Shown here piece by piece: positions 18,432-30,982 of a stretch of 32,000 nucleotides of DNA (its first letter is position 1; each line of letters opens with the position of its first letter). The translations under genes and the position numbers were made by a program. The stretch comes from an uncultured Actinomycetes bacterium (GTDB lineage Bacteria; Actinomycetota; Actinomycetes; S36-B12; CAIYMF01): contig CAWJMG010000001.1 of the NCBI GenBank assembly GCA_963843975.1, positions 510,001-542,000 of the forward strand, read 5' to 3'. The notes beneath the pieces were generated by a model that made no database searches, had not been told where the DNA came from, and was given only the letters and a program-made list of their open reading frames with translations.

Positions 18432-19505
18432 TCAGGACGACGGAACCGTGATGGTCCCGGCGATGATCTGCGCCTTGAGCTCCTCCGCCTTCGCCGTGTA
18501 GTCGGCGACCGCGTCGTTGCTGTCGGAGTAGCCCACGCCGTCGACCTTGAGGTCGAAGGTCTGGACCCCGGTGAGCGCCGAGCCGTCCACGGCCGACTTG
18601 ATGAAGGAGTAGACCGCGACGTCGACGCGCTTGAGCATCGAGGTCAGGATGACGTCCTTCACGCTGGCGTCAGCGGTGAGGTACTGGTCGCTGTCGACGC
18701 CGATCGCCCAGGCCTTGGCAGCCTTGGCAGCCTCGAAGACACCGCCGCCGGAGCCGCCGGCCGCGGCGTACACCACGTCGGCACCGCCGTCGAACATGCC
18801 CTGCGCCGCAACCTTGCCCTTGGCCGGGTCGCCGAAGCCGGAGAAGTCCGGGGGCTCGGTGAGGTACTTGGCCTGGACCTTGATGTTCGGGTTGACGGCC
18901 TTGGCGCCTGCCTCGAAGCCCTTCTCGAACTTCACGATGAGCGGCACGTTGACGCCACCGATGAAGCCGACGTTGCCCGTCTTGGAGGCCTGCGCGGCGA
19001 TCGCGCCGACGAGGAACGAGCCCTCGTTCTCGGCGAACACCAGCGAGGTCACGTTCGCGTTCTTCTCGGTGAGCGACGAGTCGTCGACGATGCCGAACTG
19101 GGTGTCGGGGAACTGCGGCGCGACCTTGCCCAGGGCGACGGCGTACGCGAAGCCCACGGCGATGATCGGGTTGTAGCCGGCCTCGGCGAGCGTCGTGAGG
19201 CGCTCCTCCTTCTGGGCGTCGGTCTCACCCGCGGTGGCCTCGAGCTCCTTGATCTCGACGCCGAACTCGGTCTTCGCCTGGTCGAGACCGGCGGCGGCGG
19301 AGTCGTTGAACGACTGGTCGCCACGACCGCCGATGTCGTACGCGAGGCCGACCTTGACGTCGGACGCCGGTGCCGACGAGGACGCGGCTGCGGTGTCGGA
19401 GGGGGCGGGGGTGCTGCTCGTGCCGCCGCTGCTGCTGCTGCCGCACGCCGCAAGAGCGAGCGTGCTGGCCGCGAGCAGCGCGGCAATCTTCAGGCCCTTG
19501 TACAA
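18432..19505 (-). CDS. BMP-family (PnrA/Med-like) ABC substrate-binding lipoprotein, probable nucleoside-binding
   Basis: 357 aa. TTG start with AAGGAGA 5 nt upstream. Signal peptide plus lipobox (LALAAC), Ser/Ala-rich linker, then a BMP-type fold (...GGRGDQSFNDSAAAGL..., GFIGGVNVP). Confidence 0.88.
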   Translation of the reverse strand: MYKGLKIAALLAASTLALAACGSSSSGGTSSTPAPSDTAAASSSAPASDVKVGLAYDIGGRGDQSFNDSAAAGLDQAKTEFGVEIKELEATAGETDAQKEERLTTLAEAGYNPIIAVGFAYAVALGKVAPQFPDTQFGIVDDSSLTEKNANVTSLVFAENEGSFLVGAIAAQASKTGNVGFIGGVNVPLIVKFEKGFEAGAKAVNPNIKVQAKYLTEPPDFSGFGDPAKGKVAAQGMFDGGADVVYAAAGGSGGGVFEAAKAAKAWAIGVDSDQYLTADASVKDVILTSMLKRVDVAVYSFIKSAVDGSALTGVQTFDLKVDGVGYSDSNDAVADYTAKAEELKAQIIAGTITVPSS

Positions 19506-19559
19506 GGGGGTCTCCTTCTTCCTGACGCCGGGCGGCCTTGCCCGAGCGATGCACTCTCG

Positions 19560-19565
19560 ACCCTA
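19560..19565 (-). promoter_or_regulatory. -10-like hexamer TAGGGT (minus strand), about 55 nt upstream of the BMP lipoprotein start; candidate operon promoter
   Basis: Minus strand reads gcaCCACTAGGGTcgagagtg, the same 10-mer as at 9201-9210. Confidence 0.4.
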
Positions 19566-19709
19566 GTGGTGCGGGGTGCCCTGACGAGAAGGCTCCCCGG
19601 GGTTCCCGGGGCTACCGAAACCGATCCGTGACCCAGGTGAACAGATCGACACGCTCATGTCACAACCGTCGGTCGTTCGGGACCGAAACGGTCTAGACCG
19701 CACGGGCCT

Positions 19710-21291
19710 TCAGAAGACGTCCGCCGGCGTGTAGAGGCCCCACACCTCGCGGAGCGCGTCCGATGCCTCACCCACGGTGGCGTGGGCACGGAGGGCGTCC
19801 CGCAGCGGGTAGAGGACGTTGTCGCTGCCCTTCGCCGCGGCGCGCACGGCGGCCAGGGCCCGGTCGACGGCGTCCTGGTCGCGCTCGGCGCGCAGCTTCT
19901 CGAGCCGGGCCACCTGCTCGCCCTCGATGGCGGGGTCGACCCGGAGAGGCTCGTAGTGCTCCTCCTCATCGACGGTGAACCGGTTGACGCCGACCACCAC
20001 GCGCTCGCCGGAGTCGATCTGCTGCGAGACGGCGTACGCCGACCGCTCGATCTCGCCCTTCTGGAACCCGCGCTCGATCGCCGCGACCGCTCCGCCCATG
20101 TCCTCGACCTGGCGCATCAGGCTCGACCGCCGCAGCCTCGACCTCGTCGGTGAGGGACTCGACGACGTACGACCCGGCGAACGGGTCGACCGTGGCCGTG
20201 ACGTCGGACTCGTACGCGAGCACCTGCTGGGTGCGCAGCGCCAGGCGGGCGGCCTTGGCCGTCGGCAGCGCGATCGCCTCGTCGAAGGAGTTCGTGTGCA
20301 GGGACTGCGTGCCGCCGAGCACGGCACCGAGGCCCTGGATCGCGACGCGCACGAGGTTGACCTCGGGCTGCTGCGCCGTGAGCTGGACGCCGGCGGTCTG
20401 GGTGTGGAAGCGCAGCATCTGGCTCTTGGGGTTCTTGGCGCCGAACTCGTCGCGCATGACGCGGGCCCAGATACGCCGGGCCGCGCGGAACTTGGCCACC
20501 TCCTCGAGCAGCGTGGTCCGCGCGACGAAGAAGAAGGCCAGGCGCGGCGCGAACTCGTCGACGTCCATGCCCGAGGCCACGGCGGCGCGCACGTACTCGA
20601 TGCCGTCGGCGAGCGTGAACGCGATCTCCTGCGCGGGCGTCGCCCCGGCCTCGGCCATGTGGTAGCCGGAGATCGAGATCGTGTTCCAGCGCGGGATCTC
20701 CGCCCGGCAGTAGCTGAAGATGTCCGTGATGAGCCGGATCGACTGCGACGGCGGGTAGATGTACGTGCCGCGTGCGATGTACTCCTTGAGCACGTCGTTC
20801 TGGATCGTGCCGGTGAGGGCCGACGCCGGGACGCCCTGCTCCTCCGCGACGAGCTGGTAGAGCAGCAGCAGGACCGCGGCAGGCGCGTTGATGGTCATCG
20901 ACGTGGAGACCTCGCCGAGCGGGATGCCGCCGAACAGCACCCGCATGTCCTCGATCGAGTCGATCGCGACGCCGACCTTGCCGACCTCGCCGTGCGCGAG
21001 CGGGTGGTCGGAGTCGTAGCCCATCTGCGTGGGGAGGTCGAAGGCGACCGAGAGGCCGTTGGTGCCGGCCGCGATGAGCTGCTTGTAGCGCTCGTTGGAC
21101 TCGGCCGCCGTGCCGAAGCCGGCGTACTGGCGCATGGTCCACGGCTTGCCGGTGTACATGCTCGGGTAGACCCCGCGCGTGAAGGGGTAGGAGCCGGGGT
21201 CGCCCAGCTTCTCCTCCGGCGACCACCCCTGCAGGGCGTCGGGCCCGTAGACAGGCTCGAACGGCAGTCCGGACTCGGTGTGACGTGCCAT
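19710..21291 (-). pseudogene. Methylmalonyl-CoA mutase-type catalytic (large) subunit without a B12-binding domain; frame broken by one extra nucleotide near 20127-20137
   Basis: The first 388 codons from ATG 21291 include [49 protein letters not shown] and [20 protein letters not shown], ending ...[10 protein letters not shown]. The last 138 codons are in the +1 frame (20126..19713): [31 protein letters not shown]...LREVWGLYTPADVF. Locus length is 1582 nt (3n+1). Confidence 0.85.
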
Positions 21292-21450
21292 GGGAGGCCC
21301 TTTCGCTCGACCTCGGCCCACGCTAGCGGCGCCTCGCCCCTCGACGGGCGGCGGGAGCCGCGGTGTGAGGGCCCGCACAGCAGCGAGGGCTCGCCGCAGG
21401 CCATCGGCGCGGGAGGGGACGAAACGGACAGAGCACCGCCCGGACGGGGT

Positions 21451-21456
21451 TACCCT
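21451..21456 (+). promoter_or_regulatory. -10-like hexamer TACCCT, 6 nt upstream of ATG 21463 (candidate leaderless promoter)
   Basis: gggtTACCCTcgtccgATG. TANNNT pattern with no SD in the gap. Confidence 0.35.
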
Positions 21457-21462
21457 CGTCCG

Positions 21463-25735
<4,273 letters not shown>

Positions 25736-25812
25736 CGGTCGTGCCCCCCGCGGTCAGCCCGCGCGGGCGCCCGGCGTCTGCCGGCGCGTTCGTGCGCGTC
25801 GTCCATGCGCTG

Positions 25813-25818
25813 ATCCTA
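25813..25818 (-). promoter_or_regulatory. -10-like hexamer TAGGAT (minus strand) upstream of the CorC-family gene, 6 nt before a short ATG-initiated ORF
   Basis: Minus strand reads cacCTAGGATcagcgcATGgac. It would give either a 71-nt leader or a leaderless 24-codon uORF (see findings). Confidence 0.35.
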
Positions 25819-25910
25819 GGTGCACGGACGCGTCCGGCCCGACGGGACGGGCCCGTCGCCGCACGACGCCCGTGCGGGGTCGCCTCGGGGATGTCAACAT
25901 GAACGAACAA

Positions 25911-25940
25911 GGACTGTTGCGACCTGTTCGGGACTGTTGA
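25911..25940 (+). repeat. Three tandem 10-bp direct repeats (GGACTGTTGC / GACCTGTTCG / GGACTGTTGA) upstream of the gal cluster; candidate operator
   Basis: Read directly from the sequence. Helical-turn periodicity, ending 32 nt before GTG 25973. GTCAACA (25893-25899) is the inverted complement of TGTTGAC (25935-25941). Confidence 0.6.
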
Positions 25941-25972
25941 CTTGCACCGGACGGTCAGGGGAGGCTGTACGG

Positions 25973-27976
25973 GTGAGCGCAGCGTGGCCCGGCATCGCCT
26001 TCGGCGGCGACTACAACCCCGAGCAGTGGCCCCGCGAGGTGTGGGCCGAGGACCACCTGCTCATGAAGCAGGCGGGCGTCTCGTTCGCCAGCGTCGGCAT
26101 CTTCTCCTGGGCCCACCTCGAGCCCGAGCCCGGCCGTTACGAGCTCGACTGGCTCGGCGACGTCCTCGACGGCCTGCATGCCGCCGGGGTCCGCGTCGAC
26201 CTGGCCACCGCGACCGCCTCCCCTCCCCCGTGGCTCGCCCGGCTGCACCCCGAGTCGCTCCCCGTCGACCACGACGGCCGCACCCGGTGGCCCGGTGCAC
26301 GGCAGGCCTACTGCCCGTCGTCCACCGCCTGGCGCGAGCGGGCGCTCGCCCTCGTGGAGAAGGTTGCCGGCCGGTTCGGCACCCACCCGGCTCTCGCCCT
26401 CTGGCACGTCGGCAACGAGTACGGCTGCCACACCTCCCGCTGCTACTGCGACGTCTGCGCCGCCGGCTTCCGCACCTGGCTGCTCGAGCGGTACGGCGAC
26501 CTCGACGGCCTCAACCACGCGTGGGGCACCGCGTTCTGGAGCCAGCGCTACTCCGACATCGAGGAGGTCCTGCCGCCGCGCCTGACGCCTGACGGCGCGT
26601 GGGCCAACCCCACCCAGCAGCTCGACTACCGTCGCTTCGCCTCCGACCTGCTGCTCTCCGAGTTCGTGGCCGAGCGCGACGTCCTGCGTCGGCTCTCCCC
26701 CGGCGTGCCCATCACCACGAACTTCATGGTGATGACGCGCTTCAACCAGCTCGACTACTGGCGCTGGGCCGAGGAGGTCGACCTCGTCTCGACCGACTAC
26801 TACCCCGACTTCGCCGACCCCGACACGCACGTCGAGGCGGCGCTGTCCGCCGACCTCACCCGCGGCCTCGCCGACGGCGGCCCGTGGCTGCTCATGGAGA
26901 CCAGCCCCAGCGCGGTGAACTGGCAGCCGCGCAACACCGCCAAGCCGGCCGGACAGCTGCGCCTGGACGCCGTGCAGCAGATCGCGCGCGGTGCGGACGG
27001 GTTCGCCGTGTTCCAGATCCGCCAGAGCATCGCGGGCGCCGAGAAGTTCCACTCCGGCCTCATCCCCCACGCCGGCACCGACACGCGGCTCTGGCGCGAG
27101 GTCGTCGAGCTCGGCTCGCTGCTCGACCGCCTGGGCGAGCTCGCCGGCAGCCGGGTCGAGTCCGACGTCGCGATCGTGTGGGGCTACGAGTCGTGGTGGG
27201 CGAGCGAGCTCGACAGCCACCCGTCCCTCGACGTCCGCTACCCCGACCGCGCCCGCGCCTTCCACCACGCGCTGTGGGACCTCGGCGTCACCGCCGACCT
27301 CGTGCGCCCGGGTGCGAGCCTCGAGGGCTACAAGGCCGTCGTCGTCCCCACGCTCTACCTCGCCGACGACGCCGCCGCCGAGGCGGTCAGCGCCTACGTC
27401 GCCGGCGGCGGGCATGCGCTCGTCACCTACTTCTCGGGCATCGTCGACGAGAACGACCACGTGCGCCCCGGCGGATACCCCGGTGCGTTCCGCGACGTGC
27501 TCGGCATCCACGTCGAGGAGTTCGCCCCGCTGCTCGAGGGCCACGCGGTCACGCTGGACGACGGCGGCCGCGGCGACGTCTGGACCGAGCACCTGCACCT
27601 GCGCGGCGCCGAGGCCGTGGCGTCGTACGTCGACGGCCCGCTGCCCGGAGTGCCTGCGGTCACCCGCAACGAGCACGGCGACGGCGTCGCCTGGTACGTC
27701 GCGACGCGCACCGATGCGGCGACCACGGCGTCGGTCGTCCGCCGCCTCGTGCAGGAGTCGGGCGCCACTGCTGCGACCGCCACCTCGCCGGGCCTCGAGG
27801 TCGTCCGCCGACGCTCCGGCGACGCGTCCTGGCTCTTCGTCCTCAACCACACCGCCTCGGCGGCGTCGGTTCACGCGCACGGGCACGACCTCGTCAGCGA
27901 GTCCGACGTCGACGGATCGCTCGTGATCCCCGCCGGCGGCGTGGCAGTCGTGCGCGAGAACGGCGGCGCCGGATGA
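25973..27976 (+). CDS. GH42 beta-galactosidase
   Basis: 667 codons from GTG 25973 (GGGGAGG 9 nt upstream), in-frame with track ORF 25820..27976. Contains FGGDYNPEQWP, WHVGNEYGCH (acid/base Glu), the Cys cluster CHTSRCYCDVC and WLLMETSPSAVNWQ (nucleophile Glu). Confidence 0.9.
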   Translation: MSAAWPGIAFGGDYNPEQWPREVWAEDHLLMKQAGVSFASVGIFSWAHLEPEPGRYELDWLGDVLDGLHAAGVRVDLATATASPPPWLARLHPESLPVDHDGRTRWPGARQAYCPSSTAWRERALALVEKVAGRFGTHPALALWHVGNEYGCHTSRCYCDVCAAGFRTWLLERYGDLDGLNHAWGTAFWSQRYSDIEEVLPPRLTPDGAWANPTQQLDYRRFASDLLLSEFVAERDVLRRLSPGVPITTNFMVMTRFNQLDYWRWAEEVDLVSTDYYPDFADPDTHVEAALSADLTRGLADGGPWLLMETSPSAVNWQPRNTAKPAGQLRLDAVQQIARGADGFAVFQIRQSIAGAEKFHSGLIPHAGTDTRLWREVVELGSLLDRLGELAGSRVESDVAIVWGYESWWASELDSHPSLDVRYPDRARAFHHALWDLGVTADLVRPGASLEGYKAVVVPTLYLADDAAAEAVSAYVAGGGHALVTYFSGIVDENDHVRPGGYPGAFRDVLGIHVEEFAPLLEGHAVTLDDGGRGDVWTEHLHLRGAEAVASYVDGPLPGVPAVTRNEHGDGVAWYVATRTDAATTASVVRRLVQESGATAATATSPGLEVVRRRSGDASWLFVLNHTASAASVHAHGHDLVSESDVDGSLVIPAGGVAVVRENGGAG

Positions 27977-28773
27977 ACCCGCTCGCGTCCCAGCGCCAGG
28001 CCGTGATCCTCGACGAGGTCGAGCGGCTGGGCGCCGTACGCGTGAGCAGCCTGGTCGCGCGCCTCGGCGTCTCGGACATGACCGTGCGCCGTGACCTCGA
28101 CGCGCTCGCCCGACGCGGGCTCGTGGTGAAGGTGCACGGCGGCGCCACCTCGGTCCACGGCCGTAGCGTGGACGAGCCGGGCTTCGAGGCCAAGCAGGTG
28201 CGGGCGCAGACGGAGAAGGACGCGATCGCGCACGTCGCGGCCGAGATGGTCACGCCCGGAAGCGCTGTCGGGATCTCCGCCGGCACCACTACGTGGACTC
28301 TCGCTCACCTCCTGCGCGACATCCCCGGCATCACCGTCGTCACCAACTCCATGCGCGTGGCCGACGTCGTCCTGTCGAGCGGCCGCTCCGACCAGACCGT
28401 CGTGCTGACCGGCGGCATCCGCACGCCGTCGGACGCCCTGGTGGGGCCGGTCGCCGTCGAAGCCCTGCGCACGCTCCACCTGGACGTCGTGTTCCTCGGC
28501 GTGCACGGAATGGACGAGCGCGGCTTCACGACGCCGAACCTCATGGAGAGCGAGACCGATCGCGCCCTGGTCGAGGCCGGGCGCCAGCTCGTCGTCGTGG
28601 CCGACCACTCCAAGTGGGGCGTCGTCGGCCTCTCCACGATCGTCCCGCTGTCCGACGCCGACGTCCTCATCACGGACGACGCGCTGGCACCGGCGGCCAG
28701 AGAAGTCCTTGCAGGCCAGGTCGGGGAACTAGTCGTCGCGCGGGTGCCCGCCGCCCGCGCCGGGGAGCGGTGA
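27973..28773 (+). CDS. DeoR/GlpR-family transcriptional regulator
   Basis: 266 aa. ATG overlaps the GH42 stop (ATGA). N-terminal HTH (RVSSLVARLGVSDMTVRRDLDAL) plus a DeoR C-terminal sugar-phosphate sensor domain (GISAGTTT..., VVFLGVHGM). Confidence 0.9.
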   Translation: MNPLASQRQAVILDEVERLGAVRVSSLVARLGVSDMTVRRDLDALARRGLVVKVHGGATSVHGRSVDEPGFEAKQVRAQTEKDAIAHVAAEMVTPGSAVGISAGTTTWTLAHLLRDIPGITVVTNSMRVADVVLSSGRSDQTVVLTGGIRTPSDALVGPVAVEALRTLHLDVVFLGVHGMDERGFTTPNLMESETDRALVEAGRQLVVVADHSKWGVVGLSTIVPLSDADVLITDDALAPAAREVLAGQVGELVVARVPAARAGER

Positions 28774-28775
28774 GC

Positions 28776-29852
28776 ATGCGACGTACGGTGGTCCACCTCG
28801 CAGACGGTCGAGAGCTGGTGCACTTCGACCACGACGGCGCCCCCGAGCGCGCAACGGTCGACACGCGCCCGCTCGAGCCCCGCGGCGCCGCGCCGCAGCT
28901 GAGGCATGACCCCCTCCTCGACGAGTGGGTCTCGGTCGCCGCGCACCGGATGGGGCGCACCTTCCTGCCGTCGGCCGACGACTGCCCCCTGTGCCCCTCG
29001 CGCCCCGGCTACCCGACGGAGGTCCCGAGCGACGACTACGACGTCGTCGTCTTCGAGAACCGCTTCCCCTCATTCGTCGGCCCTCCCGGCGACGTCGTGA
29101 GCGACGGGCCGTTCGAGCACCACGCCGCCTGGGGCCGCTGCGAGGTCGTCTGCTTCACCTCGGACCACGAGGGTTCGTTCGCCGGTCTGGACGTCGACCG
29201 CGCCCGCCTCGTCATCGAGGCGTGGGCCGACCGCACGGCGGCGCTCACCGCCACGCCAGGCGTCGAGCAGGTCTTCGTGTTCGAGAACCGCGGCGAGGCC
29301 ATCGGCGTCACGATGCGGCACCCGCACGGACAGATCTACGCCTACCCCTTCGTCACGCCGCACACCCGCGCGCAGCTCGAGTCGGTGCGCCGACACCGCG
29401 AGGCGACTGGCCGCAACCTGTACGACGACGTCGTCGCCGCCGAGCTGGCCGACGGCCGCCGCGTCGTGGCGGAGTCCGAGCACTGGGTGTCGTTCGTGCC
29501 GTTCGCCTCGCGCTGGCCGGTCGAGGTCCACCTCTACCCGCGTCGCCGTGTGCCTGACCTCGCGGCGCTCACCGCGGCCGAGCGCGACGACCTCGCCGTC
29601 GTCTACCTCGACCTCCTGCGCCGTGGGGACGCCTTCTTCGGCATCCCGCTGCCGTACATCGCCGCGTGGCACCAGGCGCCCGTCGTGCAGCAGCGCGAGG
29701 ACGGCGCCCTGCACCTCGAGCTCTTCTCGGTGCAGCGCAGCGTCGACAAGCTGAAGTACCTCGCGGGCTCCGAGTCGGCCATGGGCGCGTTCGTGAACGA
29801 CCGCGAGCCCGAGTCGATCGCCGCGCGGCTGCGGGAGGTCGCTGGCTCGTGA
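28776..29852 (+). CDS. galT: Galactose-1-phosphate uridylyltransferase
   Basis: 358 aa from ATG 28776 (GGGGAG SD), in-frame with track ORF 28293..29852. Contains the CPLCP zinc motif, VVVFENRFPSF and the active site HPHGQIYAYPF. Confidence 0.92.
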   Translation: MRRTVVHLADGRELVHFDHDGAPERATVDTRPLEPRGAAPQLRHDPLLDEWVSVAAHRMGRTFLPSADDCPLCPSRPGYPTEVPSDDYDVVVFENRFPSFVGPPGDVVSDGPFEHHAAWGRCEVVCFTSDHEGSFAGLDVDRARLVIEAWADRTAALTATPGVEQVFVFENRGEAIGVTMRHPHGQIYAYPFVTPHTRAQLESVRRHREATGRNLYDDVVAAELADGRRVVAESEHWVSFVPFASRWPVEVHLYPRRRVPDLAALTAAERDDLAVVYLDLLRRGDAFFGIPLPYIAAWHQAPVVQQREDGALHLELFSVQRSVDKLKYLAGSESAMGAFVNDREPESIAARLREVAGS

Positions 29853-30982
29853 GCACCGACGCCTTCACGGCCGCCTTCGGCCGCGCGCCGGAGGTGGGCT
29901 GGCGCTCGCCCGGCCGCGTCAACCTGATCGGCGAGCACACCGACTACAACGACGGCTTCGTGCTGCCTCTCGCGATCCCGCGCGACGCGCGCGTCCACGC
30001 CGCCCGGCGCGACGACCGCGTGCTGCGCGTCGTCTCGGCCCAGGCCGCGGACACCGCCGCCGAGCTCGACCTCGACACCCTCGTACCCGGCTCGGTCGAT
30101 GGCTGGGCGGCGTACGTCGCCGGCACCGCGTGGGCCCTCGCCGGCCACGGCATCGACCTGCCCGGGGCGGACGTGCTCGTCGACGGCGACGTGCCGCGCG
30201 GCGCAGGGCTGTCGTCGTCGGCCGCGCTCGAGTGCGCCGTCGCCGGGGCGCTTCTCGACCTCGCGGGCGCCGACCTCGACCTCGCCACGGTGGCCCTGCT
30301 GGCCCAGAAGGCCGAGAACGACTTCGTCGGCGTGCCGTGCGGCGTCATGGACCAGTTCGCCTCGACCCACGGCCGCGCCGGCCACCTCCTGCTGCTCGAC
30401 ACCCGCTCGCTGGAGCCGCGTCACATCCCCTTCGACCTCGCGGCCGAGGGGCTCACGCTCGTCGTGGTCGACACCCGCGCGCCGCACCGCCTCGTCGATG
30501 GCGAGTACGCCGCCCGCCGGGCCTCCTGCGAGCAGGCCTCCGTGCTGCTCGGGGTCCCGTCGCTGCGCGAGGTCGCCGACCTCGGGTCGGCCATGTCGAT
30601 GCTCGACGACGACGTCCTGCAGCGCCGCGTGCGCCACGTGGTGACCGAGAACCAGCGCGTGCTCGACGTCGTCGCCCTGCTCGAGTCCGGCGACGTGCGC
30701 GGCATCGGCCCGCTTCTCACGGCGTCGCACGAGTCGCTGCGCGACGACTACGAGGTCTCGAGCCCCGAGCTCGACGTCGCGGTCGAGGCCGCGCTGCGGG
30801 CGGGCGCGTACGGGGCGAGGATGACAGGGGGCGGTTTCGGCGGCTCGGCCATCGCCCTCGTGGAGACAGACAGGACCGACGCCCTCAAGGACGTCGTACG
30901 CGCGGGCTTCGGCGCCGCAGGGTTCGACGAGCCGGCGTTCCTCGACGCCGTGCCCGTCGACGGATACGGGAGGCTCGGATGA
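29849..30982 (+). CDS. galK: Galactokinase
   Basis: 377 aa from GTG 29849, overlapping the galT stop (GTGA). Galactokinase signature GRVNLIGEHTDYNDGFVLP, GHMP motif PRGAGLSSSAALE and GARMTGGGFGGS. Confidence 0.92.
   Translation: MSTDAFTAAFGRAPEVGWRSPGRVNLIGEHTDYNDGFVLPLAIPRDARVHAARRDDRVLRVVSAQAADTAAELDLDTLVPGSVDGWAAYVAGTAWALAGHGIDLPGADVLVDGDVPRGAGLSSSAALECAVAGALLDLAGADLDLATVALLAQKAENDFVGVPCGVMDQFASTHGRAGHLLLLDTRSLEPRHIPFDLAAEGLTLVVVDTRAPHRLVDGEYAARRASCEQASVLLGVPSLREVADLGSAMSMLDDDVLQRRVRHVVTENQRVLDVVALLESGDVRGIGPLLTASHESLRDDYEVSSPELDVAVEAALRAGAYGARMTGGGFGGSAIALVETDRTDALKDVVRAGFGAAGFDEPAFLDAVPVDGYGRLG

Noticed and set aside
19506-19709. Riboswitch (for example purine or nucleoside-responsive) in the leader of the nucleoside ABC operon
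   Set aside because: I read the minus-strand leader and found only a short CCCCGGG-gtt-CCCGGGG hairpin (19596-19612) and the small palindromes described above. I could not recognise any conserved riboswitch core by eye. A covariance-model scan would be needed to exclude one.
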